IMG/VR virus record: IMGVR_UViG_3300002231_001563
Location: 64,001 to 128,000 of that record
Source of the DNA: a virus
Direction: 5' to 3' (one strand)
Length of the DNA stretch: 64,000 nt
The notes beneath the pieces were generated by a model that saw nothing but the letters and a program-made list of their open reading frames with translations, searched no databases and was not told the origin of the DNA. Positions 37,060-45,791 of this stretch are shown here, one piece after another. The position numbers and the translations under genes were made by a program. Each line of letters begins with the position of its first letter. Within the stretch, counting starts at the first letter, position 1.

Positions 37060-39984
37060 ATGTCAGTTAAAAAGTTTAAGTTTGTTTCCCCCGGAATTTT
37101 CCTGAGCGAGGTGGACAATTCGCAGCTTCCTGCTATTAAGCAAGCTGTTGGACCTATCGTAATCGGTCGTACCCGATTTGGGCCTGCAATGCGCCCCGTA
37201 AGTATTGAATCCCCTTCGGATTTCGTGCAGACATTCGGCACTCCTATTGCCGGCGGCGGCTCAGGCGGAGATGTATGGAGAAACGGAAACCTTACAGGCC
37301 CCACCTATGCATCATATGCAGCCATGGCCTACCTTAAGGCCGGCGTCGGCCCAGTTACGGTCATGCGCCTCCTGGGTGAAGAAAATAGAGACGCAACCGG
37401 CACCGGCGATTCGGTCGCTTTTGCTGGATGGAAATGTGCAAAGATCTTTGATTCTCAAACAATGGAAGATTCAGGCGGCTCATACGGCCTTTTCATTTTC
37501 CCAAGCGGCACTGTAGCTTCAGCTACGGGCACTCTAGGGGCAATACTCTATTGCAACAATGGGGGCCTGGCTCTAACAGGAACAGCTATATCCTCCACGG
37601 CTGGCGGAGTAGCTCACGAGGGCGCCTGCGCAGTGTTTGAATCGGAAGCAAAAAAAGCCCAATTCAAGCTCTCAGTATACGGACCTACAGATACTTCTCC
37701 TGCATATAAGGCGTCATTTAACTTTGACCGCGACGATGATTTGTTCATCAGAAATGTTCTGAATACCAATCCCCAAATGACAAACACTGCTTTTGTTTCT
37801 AGCGATAACCTTAAAAAAGGCGAGCGACATTACTGGCTTGGAGAAACTTTCGAGCAAGATGTGGAAGAAATAGCTGGCGGTCTAGACCAAAATACCAGAG
37901 CAGTCTTACTCCCCCTTATGTCAGGTACTATTCAGAAAGATAATTACAAGATTAATAATCAGGCAGCTAAAACGGGATACTTCTTTTCCCAAGATCTTGC
38001 TGCTGATCCTAGCTCATATTCATATGCCGATATGACAAAGCTCTTTCGCGTCGTAGCGCAGGACGCTGGCCGCTGGGCCCAAGATAACTTAAAGATCTCT
38101 CTGGAGTCAATTCGTGCCTCAAGCAATACTACTGATCCTTACGGCTCATTTTCTCTTGTTGTGCGCGCCGCCAACGACCGCGACAACGTGGTGCAGGTGA
38201 TTGAGAGATTTAGTAATGTCAATTTAAATCCTTTATCAGAGAATTATGTTGCTCGCGTCATCGGAGATACATCTTACGAATTTGATTATAACCAAAAAAC
38301 TCTAAGATCATATGGGGAATATCCCAATAAATCTAAATATATCCGTATCGAAATGAATCCGGACGTCGGGACTGGCCTTACAGATGCTCGTTTGCTTCCA
38401 TTTGGATGCACAGGTCCTATTCGATTCAAGCCTTTTTCAATTGTGAGCGGCTCAGCCCTTTCGGCTTCAACTGCCACAGCCTTCGCCAGAGGAACTGGCT
38501 CCGCCCCTCTTTCTACTCCTCCTTATCCCTGGTCACCCTCACAGGGGGACAGAGTATGGATGGGCGTCGCGACCCCAGTAGTGGGAAGTACCCCTATTCT
38601 GACAAATATCAAACTCAACTTCCCCATTGAGTTGCTAAGGCATTCAGCTTCGGATGGAGGTCTCTCCGATCCAACGGACGCCTTTTTCGGAGTTCAAAAC
38701 ACTCAAGGAGCCAATAGCTCCCGAACTGATAGGGGATACGGCGATTATATGTGGCGCCGCCCTGAGGGAATAACCGCTGAAGATTCCTTAGCAGGATTAC
38801 CAGACGCTCTCCCGGTTGAATATAGTTGGACAGTTACTCTCGATGATATCGTTACAGCAGACTCTCCTTCGGCATACTGGAGTGGAAGCTCTTACGCAGC
38901 CAACACGTCACTGAACGCGGTATCGTCTTCTTATACTGCAATCTTGGACGCCGGTTATGATAGAATTACGGCACCTCTTTACGGAGGCTTCGACGGCTTT
39001 AATATTAAGGAAGCTGATCCAATCAGAAATGGATTGATGACGTCCGCCGGAACAACCGACACTACAAATTACGCATATAACACAATCAAGAGAGCCATTG
39101 ATACAGTGGCGGATCCGGATTATGTAGAATGCAATGTGATTACTGCTCCTGGCGTCACTAATGCTTCCCTCACCCAACATTTAATGGACGTTTGCGAGGA
39201 TCGCGGAGATGCTTTGGCTATCATCGATTTGCCCGAGGTCTATACCCCATTCACCGACTCCACCGACACCTTTAAGGAGAGAAACTCCTTTACGGTAGCC
39301 GAGGCTGTGAGTGATCTGCGAACACGCGGCGTCAATAGCTCTTACGGGTGCACCTACTATCCATGGGTACAAATCCTAGATAATATTTCCAGTAATGTTC
39401 TGTGGGTACCTCCTTCAGTTGTTGCCCTCGGCACAATGGCCTCTTCGGAAGCCAAATCTGAAGTCTGGTTTGCTCCTGCAGGGTTCAATCGCGGCGGCCT
39501 CACCGACGGATCCGCTGGATGGCCCGTGCTTAATGTTACCAAGAGGCTCACCTCTCGCGATAGAGATACTCTCTATGAGGCAAATATTAATCCGATCGCC
39601 TCATTTCCTTCGGAAGGAATTGTGGTCTTCGGACAAAAAACACTTCAAGTCACCCGGTCTGCTTTGGACCGAATTAACGTGAGACGTTTGTTGATTTATA
39701 TCAAGAAGCAAGTTTCACGCATTGCGTCTGGTATTCTTTTTGACCAGAACGTACAAGTTACATGGAATCGATTCTTGGGTGAAGTCAGGCCATTCTTGGC
39801 CAGCGTCCAATCCAGACTTGGATTGAGCGAGTGGAAGGTTATCCTAGATGATACCACCACTACTCCGGATTTGATTGATCAAAATATCATGTATGCGAAA
39901 ATCTTCTTAAAGCCAGCGCGCTCCATTGAATTCATCGCAGTTGATTTTGTAATCACTCGAACGGGAGCATCTTTCGATGATTAA
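37060..39984 (+). CDS. gp18: Contractile tail sheath protein (T4 gp18-like)
   Basis: FVSPGIFLSEVD, YYPWVQI, WFAPAGFNRG, RDTLYEANINPI, GQKTLQ...LDRINVRRL, KPARSIEFI. Confidence 0.96.
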   Translation: MSVKKFKFVSPGIFLSEVDNSQLPAIKQAVGPIVIGRTRFGPAMRPVSIESPSDFVQTFGTPIAGGGSGGDVWRNGNLTGPTYASYAAMAYLKAGVGPVTVMRLLGEENRDATGTGDSVAFAGWKCAKIFDSQTMEDSGGSYGLFIFPSGTVASATGTLGAILYCNNGGLALTGTAISSTAGGVAHEGACAVFESEAKKAQFKLSVYGPTDTSPAYKASFNFDRDDDLFIRNVLNTNPQMTNTAFVSSDNLKKGERHYWLGETFEQDVEEIAGGLDQNTRAVLLPLMSGTIQKDNYKINNQAAKTGYFFSQDLAADPSSYSYADMTKLFRVVAQDAGRWAQDNLKISLESIRASSNTTDPYGSFSLVVRAANDRDNVVQVIERFSNVNLNPLSENYVARVIGDTSYEFDYNQKTLRSYGEYPNKSKYIRIEMNPDVGTGLTDARLLPFGCTGPIRFKPFSIVSGSALSASTATAFARGTGSAPLSTPPYPWSPSQGDRVWMGVATPVVGSTPILTNIKLNFPIELLRHSASDGGLSDPTDAFFGVQNTQGANSSRTDRGYGDYMWRRPEGITAEDSLAGLPDALPVEYSWTVTLDDIVTADSPSAYWSGSSYAANTSLNAVSSSYTAILDAGYDRITAPLYGGFDGFNIKEADPIRNGLMTSAGTTDTTNYAYNTIKRAIDTVADPDYVECNVITAPGVTNASLTQHLMDVCEDRGDALAIIDLPEVYTPFTDSTDTFKERNSFTVAEAVSDLRTRGVNSSYGCTYYPWVQILDNISSNVLWVPPSVVALGTMASSEAKSEVWFAPAGFNRGGLTDGSAGWPVLNVTKRLTSRDRDTLYEANINPIASFPSEGIVVFGQKTLQVTRSALDRINVRRLLIYIKKQVSRIASGILFDQNVQVTWNRFLGEVRPFLASVQSRLGLSEWKVILDDTTTTPDLIDQNIMYAKIFLKPARSIEFIAVDFVITRTGASFDD

Positions 39985-40007
39985 AGAGAATAAAAAGAAT
40001 TTTAAAC

Positions 40008-40016
40008 ACTACTTAA
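40008..40016 (+). promoter_or_regulatory. Putative late-promoter motif ACTACTTAA (tube)
   Basis: Recurring motif in the sheath-tube gap. Confidence 0.55.
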
Positions 40017-40042
40017 TGATAGTAAAAGGGAGAAATAGTTAA

Positions 40043-40630
40043 ATGGCGTTTTGGACTGATGCACAATTTGAAGATCCCAAAAGAGCGTATAGGTTCTTGG
40101 TGGACATAGGCAGAATGCCTAATGGAGCGACTTGGTACGCAAAGAGCGTCAAGAAGCCCGAAATTACTATAACAACGATTGAACACAATTTCCTCAATCA
40201 CAAATTTTATTATCCTGGCCGCGCAGAATGGGCCGAAGTAACAGTCACTCTTGTGGACCCTGTTTCTCCGGATGCAGCCATCAACACTGCCGCGATCTTA
40301 CGAGCGGGCGGTTATAGCCCCCCTAAGAACGTCAACGATACAACTACCATTTCAAAGCAAGCTTCCGTAGCCGCTATGGGATCAGTAGTTATTTCTCAAA
40401 TTAATTCTGTCGGCGACGCTGTAGAAACTTGGACTCTGTGGAATCCATTCATTACGGGTGTTACTTATGGAGACTTGGATTACAGTTCGGACGAAATGAC
40501 CGAAATCACGTTGACCATCCGATACGATTGGGCTGTTATCGAGGCTCAGACTTCTTCTGAGACTGGAGCGAAAGGCCCCGACGGCAAACCCGTGGACAGC
40601 AATACATTTTTTAATCCTGGAAGCAGCTAA
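40043..40630 (+). CDS. gp19: Tail tube protein (T4 gp19-like)
   Basis: Follows the sheath; YYPGRAEWAEVTVTLVD, WTLWNPF, GDLDYSSDE, LTIRYDW. Confidence 0.88.
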   Translation: MAFWTDAQFEDPKRAYRFLVDIGRMPNGATWYAKSVKKPEITITTIEHNFLNHKFYYPGRAEWAEVTVTLVDPVSPDAAINTAAILRAGGYSPPKNVNDTTTISKQASVAAMGSVVISQINSVGDAVETWTLWNPFITGVTYGDLDYSSDEMTEITLTIRYDWAVIEAQTSSETGAKGPDGKPVDSNTFFNPGSS

Positions 40631-40651
40631 TTATAAAACGCGAGGTGATAT

Positions 40652-41503
40652 TTGGCTAGGAACAACTCTCAACGCCTAGGAGGCGTTGATTCTAAGAAAG
40701 CAGAAGATAACTCTTCTCCTAATTTGGCGCCATTGGACTTCTCTACGCCTACTGAATTTGTGGAATTACCCACTCAAGGTAAATACTATGCAGAGGATCA
40801 CCCTCTTCATAATCAAACCGTAGTAGAGATTCGTCATATGACAGCTAAAGACGAAGATATTCTAACCTCCAGGGCCCTCCTTAAAAAAGGCGTGGCTCTC
40901 GATAGGTTCTTGAAGAATATCGTTGTAGATAAGAGCATTGATTTGGATAGCTTATACGTGGGAGATAAGAACGCTATTCTGGTAGGAGCCAGGGTGACGG
41001 GCTATGGTCCTGAGTATGATACACAAGTAACGTGCCCAGTATGCACTACAACCGCGAAATTTTCTTTCAATTTAGAAGGGGGAGAAACTTATGCGGGCGG
41101 AGAGTACGGGGCCCTGGAAATCACCGAAAAAGGTGAAGACACTTTCGTCATTAAAACTCCAGTTACGCGGGTAGATGTAGAGGTTCGACTCTTTACAGGG
41201 CGTGATGAAAAATATCTTGCTAAATTGGCCGAATCAAAGAAAAAGCAAAAGCTCCCCGAGACTTCTCTCACTGATCAGTTACATTTGATGATCGTCTCTA
41301 TCAACGAGAGGACGGACAATGTAACCATCAAATCCTTTATCGACAATATGCCGGCCCGTGATGCTAGGTATATTCGAACAGCTTACGAAAAGATAGTACC
41401 TAACATTGATCTAGCACAGAGTTTTACCTGCGAGGTATGTGACTTTGAAACGGATCGAATGGAGGTTCCGTTCACAACGGACTTTTTTTGGCCTAAGCGA
41501 TAA
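40652..41503 (+). CDS. Tail assembly chaperone / T4 gp26-like hub assembly protein
   Basis: VELPTQGKYY, IRHMTAKDEDILT, CPVC and CEVC, ends VPFTTDFFWPKR; TTG start after GAGGTG; lies between tube and tape measure. Confidence 0.75.
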   Translation: MARNNSQRLGGVDSKKAEDNSSPNLAPLDFSTPTEFVELPTQGKYYAEDHPLHNQTVVEIRHMTAKDEDILTSRALLKKGVALDRFLKNIVVDKSIDLDSLYVGDKNAILVGARVTGYGPEYDTQVTCPVCTTTAKFSFNLEGGETYAGGEYGALEITEKGEDTFVIKTPVTRVDVEVRLFTGRDEKYLAKLAESKKKQKLPETSLTDQLHLMIVSINERTDNVTIKSFIDNMPARDARYIRTAYEKIVPNIDLAQSFTCEVCDFETDRMEVPFTTDFFWPKR

Positions 41504-41702
41504 ATACATCGAGAGTGTATACGAAGAGTTTTTTCTTTTGAAGTATTATGGAGGCTGGTCTTTCACTGAAGCCTATAATCTTCCGATTAAAATTAGAAGG
41601 TGGTTTTTGGAGAAATTAGTCCAACAAATGGAAAAAGAAAACAAAGCCGCAGAAAAAGCTTCAAAGGGTAATTCTGCAGGTAAAACACCAAGAAGCCGGT
41701 AA
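41484..41702 (+). CDS. Second tail-chaperone ORF, probably reached by frameshift at T7 (41483-41489)
   Basis: FFGLSDKYIESVYEEFFLLKYYGGWSFTEAYNLP...RRWF in the +1 frame with no good independent start. Confidence 0.6.
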   Translation, partial: FFGLSDKYIESVYEEFFLLKYYGGWSFTEAYNLPIKIRRWFLEKLVQQMEKENKAAEKASKGNSAGKTPRSR

Positions 41703-41718
41703 AGCCGGCTTCTTTTTT
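41690..41718 (+). terminator. Rho-independent terminator
   Basis: AAGAAGCCGG-TAAAG-CCGGCTTCTT followed by TTTT. Confidence 0.85.
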
Positions 41719-41726
41719 ATATGACT

Positions 41727-41735
41727 ACTATTTAA
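41727..41735 (+). promoter_or_regulatory. Putative late-promoter motif ACTATTTAA (tape-measure operon)
   Basis: Recurring motif directly after the terminator. Confidence 0.55.
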
Positions 41736-41752
41736 TGTATGAGGGTTTATAT

Positions 41753-42094
41753 ATGGAATCTCTAAACGAAGGTGAGATCGTCGAAATGATCGTAGATCTC
41801 GAAGAACTCAAAAAGAATGATCAACTTAATGAAAGTTTCCTCCGCATGATGGGCTTTTGGGTGGAAAATATCGTCAAACATATGTTCGGTATCCCATTTG
41901 TTTCAGGTGGAGTCTCCGGAAAGCCGGCAGATATCAAGGCTTTTGCCCGTGCCGTCGGGAATGAGAAGAAATATATCGAAACGGCCAAAAAGCATGGCCT
42001 AGATAACCCAGCTACTTATAAGCAAAAATCACGACTTCAGAAGGCCGTTAAGGCCTTCGAAGCACAGACCGGGATAAAGTGGCCTTTCAAATAA
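41753..42094 (+). CDS. Hypothetical protein preceding the tape measure
   Basis: ATG 41753 after GAGGGT; two LNE sites. Confidence 0.55.
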   Translation: MESLNEGEIVEMIVDLEELKKNDQLNESFLRMMGFWVENIVKHMFGIPFVSGGVSGKPADIKAFARAVGNEKKYIETAKKHGLDNPATYKQKSRLQKAVKAFEAQTGIKWPFK

Positions 42095-42107
42095 GGAAAA
42101 ACATTAG

Positions 42108-44357
42108 ATGGCAGATGATGAATCTACAAAAAATCTAACTCAAGCTGAGCAAGAACTCTTAGCCAGTCGCAAGCAGCAGGCCATCCTCCTTCGTGAGCTA
42201 ACAAAATTAGAGAAGGAACTAGCCCAAAACGAAGCTTTAAGTGTTGACCAAAAGGCCGAATTATCGGGCCGAGTTGATGATTTGACGGATAGATATGAGC
42301 TTTTGAAGGCAGCTGCCGATAAGATGAACGAGTCTCTTAAGCTCAGTCAGGAGCAGGGCAAGAATACCGCCCAAGCTCTTGGCGGCTTGGTGGGTATGAC
42401 CAAGGATTACGAGACGTCTATGCTCGGATCTATAGAGGCCACCCTTACAAACGCTGATGCCCAAAAGAAGTTTGGAGAGCAAATGAAAAAAACATTTAGC
42501 ATCCAAAACATGAGCCTCAACATATTAAATAAAATTACTCAAGCCACCACTAAACTCCTTTTTGAGCAAGACAAGGCTCTGGTTGCCTTTAACCTCCAAA
42601 CTGGCGCTGCGCGCCTTTATGGTAGCGAAATAGTGGCGCTGGAAGAGCGGATGTACAGCCATGGCGTTACTATGGATGATGCTAGTGAGTCGTGGGGCGC
42701 TTTAACAAAGAATGTATATGCGCTCAAACAGACGTCTGGCGCAACCCGCAAAGACCTTTCGGATACTACAGCTATCTTGAATGAATTGGGGGTAAGTGCA
42801 GACGTAACGGCCGATAATGTGCAATTTATGACACGCAGTTTGGGAATGTCAGTTGAAGAATCAACAAAATTTCAACGAGAAATGTTTGTGTTGGCACAAG
42901 ATATTGGTATGCCTCCTGCCCAAATGGCTGAAGATTTCAAATCGGCAGCCCCTAAGCTCGCAGCTTTTGGCAAGGAAGCGGGCCGTATGTTTACCAAATT
43001 AGCAACCAACGCCCGCGCTGCCGGGATGGAGGTGGAGCAGCTTCTCGGTATTGTGGAGCAGTTTGACACCTTCGAAGGTGCAGCACAGTCAGTTGGTAAG
43101 TTGAACGCACTATTGGGAGGCCCCTTCCTCAACTCTATGGAAATGGTAATGGCCACAGATCCCACGGAGAGAATGAGACTTCTCAGCGGTGCGCTCAATG
43201 ATGCAGGAAAAAGTTTTGATCAGATGTCTTATTATGAGCGCAAAGCAATTGCTTCAGCCGCCGGATTTAAAGACGTCGATGAATTGGCAAAAGTTATGGC
43301 CAATGATTTTGGAAAGGTCTCATCCTCTACCAATAAGACCAAGGCAGAAATAGAGGCCCTCGCTGCACAGACTAAGGAATATAACGAAATCGGTGAAAAA
43401 CTGAATCAAATAATGCGCATGTTTGCCATAACAATGGCCCCCGTCGTGGGTTGGATCAAGGGTATCCTGCAAGGAATTTTGGATTTGAATGAGCAAATGG
43501 GTGGGTGGTTCATCCCTATCTTAGGGGGCATTGCAGTTGCGGCCTTAGTTTTGATTGGGGTGTTTAAAGTTTGGACCGCGATAAACTCGGCCCTTGTCTT
43601 ATCCGAAGTCGCAAAGGCCGTGGCTATAGGAAACACTACTGCAATTCAGGCTGCTTCTATACCTGTAATGGCGGCCTCTGGAACAGCTGCCGGCGCCGCC
43701 GCAACACCGATGTATGCTTTCGCTGGCGCCGCCTTGGCTGTCGGTGCCGCCTTTTTCTTGGTTGGCGCCGGCGTCGGACTTGCCGCCTACGGCATGTCCC
43801 TGTTCATGACATCGCTGGCAAAAATTTCTCCAGCCGACATGATGCTCTATGGGCTTGGCTTATATTCGATCGCCTCCGGAATGATGGCCATCGCCGCTGC
43901 CCTCCTATTGGGAGGAGGCTGGTCCCTGGGAGTACTGACCGCCTCGGTATTTGCTCTAGGCCTAGCCCTTCGCAGCCTCAATGATGTCAAGCTAAATAAT
44001 TTATCCCTCTTATTTGAAGCGATCGCTAAAGTGATGAATTCTACATCCGCTAACTTGAAAGAGGTTAGAGATACCATTGGGGCAATTACGGATGATATCG
44101 CTACAATGCCAGCCCCTATTATGAGGGGCGCCAACTTGATCGACGCCACTGCAACACCTCGAACCACGATGGAATCTAAGTCTCCCGAAGGTTTGGCAAA
44201 CAAATCCGCAGGAGCCAGTACTGGCGCTGCTGCAAAACCTGCAGTCCAAGATCACACTTTAAAAATACAATTTGATTATCGAGGCTTCGAAGAGGCAGTC
44301 ATCAAGATTGTCGATAATCAATTGAAGACGAAAAATGTTATAGCGGGAGGTGCATAG
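42108..44357 (+). CDS. Tape measure protein
   Basis: Long helical Ala/Gln/Lys-rich protein with a hydrophobic Ala/Gly C-terminal third; canonical position after tube and chaperones. Confidence 0.82.
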   Translation: MADDESTKNLTQAEQELLASRKQQAILLRELTKLEKELAQNEALSVDQKAELSGRVDDLTDRYELLKAAADKMNESLKLSQEQGKNTAQALGGLVGMTKDYETSMLGSIEATLTNADAQKKFGEQMKKTFSIQNMSLNILNKITQATTKLLFEQDKALVAFNLQTGAARLYGSEIVALEERMYSHGVTMDDASESWGALTKNVYALKQTSGATRKDLSDTTAILNELGVSADVTADNVQFMTRSLGMSVEESTKFQREMFVLAQDIGMPPAQMAEDFKSAAPKLAAFGKEAGRMFTKLATNARAAGMEVEQLLGIVEQFDTFEGAAQSVGKLNALLGGPFLNSMEMVMATDPTERMRLLSGALNDAGKSFDQMSYYERKAIASAAGFKDVDELAKVMANDFGKVSSSTNKTKAEIEALAAQTKEYNEIGEKLNQIMRMFAITMAPVVGWIKGILQGILDLNEQMGGWFIPILGGIAVAALVLIGVFKVWTAINSALVLSEVAKAVAIGNTTAIQAASIPVMAASGTAAGAAATPMYAFAGAALAVGAAFFLVGAGVGLAAYGMSLFMTSLAKISPADMMLYGLGLYSIASGMMAIAAALLLGGGWSLGVLTASVFALGLALRSLNDVKLNNLSLLFEAIAKVMNSTSANLKEVRDTIGAITDDIATMPAPIMRGANLIDATATPRTTMESKSPEGLANKSAGASTGAAAKPAVQDHTLKIQFDYRGFEEAVIKIVDNQLKTKNVIAGGA

Positions 44358-45425
44358 ATGGGAAAAAAGAAGAAGCAAGTTCAACAATTTGATAATACAA
44401 ATCCTAATGCAGCCATTGACCCTAACATTGACCGTCCCGTGCGAGCCCTTCTGAATCGTGCTGATCAGATAGCGTTCAATGACGCAACCGATGGCTACGC
44501 CAATAGTTTTAACAATTACATTGAATTCAAATCCACCATTAGCGGCGACGTTGTGCGATTCAAGGCCATGCTGACCACATATGAAGATCAATATCAGAGC
44601 GAATGGAATTCGGAACAAGTTTATGGTCGAAATGATCCTATTCAAACTTTTCGCAACACAACTCGAACTATCAATGTGGGTTGGGACGCCCCAGCAGCCT
44701 CTTCCACAGAGGGCGCTGCTAATATGATCCGCGCAGCAAAGCTCATTCGAATGCTATATCCTTCGTATGAATCGAGAGATGGCTCCATAGGGAATGTTTC
44801 AACCATCAATAAGCCCCCCGTGCTCGAAGTTAAATTTAGAAACCTTATTCAAGGCATGGACCGCGAAGCACTATTAGTGACTTTGGACGGGATTACATTT
44901 GCTCCTGACCTTGAGGCGGGATGGTTTGATAAGCTCACTTTTGTTGATCTGCCTCCCGAGCTTGAATATCTCCATGCCGAATTCGGGAAAAATGAGTTAG
45001 TTCCCAAGTTGTTGAAATTCTCTTGCACTATGACAGTCCTTCATAAGCGAACTGTTGGCCACTTCGGGACATCGTGGAATTCGAAGCTACTCGCGTTCCC
45101 TTTCCTGCCAGAAGCCCTGGCCAACCCAGAATCCGGCGAGGTCTTTGATAAATTTGATTCTACAAATGAAACTTTTGTAGAGCAAGATGAAGATTTCTCC
45201 TTCAACCAGCATGAGATGGAGGCTGCTCAAAAAACGCTAGATGCGGCCCGCCAAGTGCAGGCTGGTTTGGCAGCATCAGAAGAAGCTAAGAAGGGGCGAA
45301 AAACAGATTCAAAGCCAAAGAGCACTGTGGACAAAGTTAATCAAGGTTCATCTCCCGGCGGCTTTGGTGGCGGCAGGGACCCCCGAGATATGGGAACATC
45401 TAAACAGTACCATGGGAAAAATTAA
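44358..45425 (+). CDS. Baseplate tail-tube initiator-like protein
   Basis: WNSEQVYGRNDPI.TFRNT.R.I motif; position after the tape measure. Confidence 0.55.
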   Translation: MGKKKKQVQQFDNTNPNAAIDPNIDRPVRALLNRADQIAFNDATDGYANSFNNYIEFKSTISGDVVRFKAMLTTYEDQYQSEWNSEQVYGRNDPIQTFRNTTRTINVGWDAPAASSTEGAANMIRAAKLIRMLYPSYESRDGSIGNVSTINKPPVLEVKFRNLIQGMDREALLVTLDGITFAPDLEAGWFDKLTFVDLPPELEYLHAEFGKNELVPKLLKFSCTMTVLHKRTVGHFGTSWNSKLLAFPFLPEALANPESGEVFDKFDSTNETFVEQDEDFSFNQHEMEAAQKTLDAARQVQAGLAASEEAKKGRKTDSKPKSTVDKVNQGSSPGGFGGGRDPRDMGTSKQYHGKN

Positions 45426-45429
45426 CTAA

Positions 45430-45783
45430 ATGTCACGATACTCTAACAGACCCAAGCGATTAAATAATCCCCTATCCGGTGGACCCGAATCAATTTACAC
45501 CGAGTTTATTGAGAATAGGAACGTGCGCCACATTGAGCAATATACCACTCCCGAATTCCCCCCCCTTACAGCAGCTAGACGCGCTTCTATCCCTTATGAC
45601 AGTCATGTTTGGACTACGGGAGATCGTTTTTACAAGTTGGCTCATGATTATTATGGCAATTCGGCATTGTGGTGGATTATCGCATGGTTTAATCAGACTC
45701 CCACGGAACATCACTTGAACCTGGGAGACACCATTATGATCCCTCTCTCCAAGGAGAAAGTGTTGACATATTTCAATAAATAG
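45430..45783 (+). CDS. LysM/gpX-like baseplate protein
   Basis: HVWTTGDRFYKLAHDYYGNSALWWIIAWFN...LNLGDTIMIP, a LysM-like pattern. Confidence 0.8.
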   Translation: MSRYSNRPKRLNNPLSGGPESIYTEFIENRNVRHIEQYTTPEFPPLTAARRASIPYDSHVWTTGDRFYKLAHDYYGNSALWWIIAWFNQTPTEHHLNLGDTIMIPLSKEKVLTYFNK

Positions 45784-45791
45784 GACCTACC

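Noticed and set aside
45763-45791. TTGACA before the hub gene as a promoter
   Set aside because: No -10 hexamer at 16-18 nt spacing.
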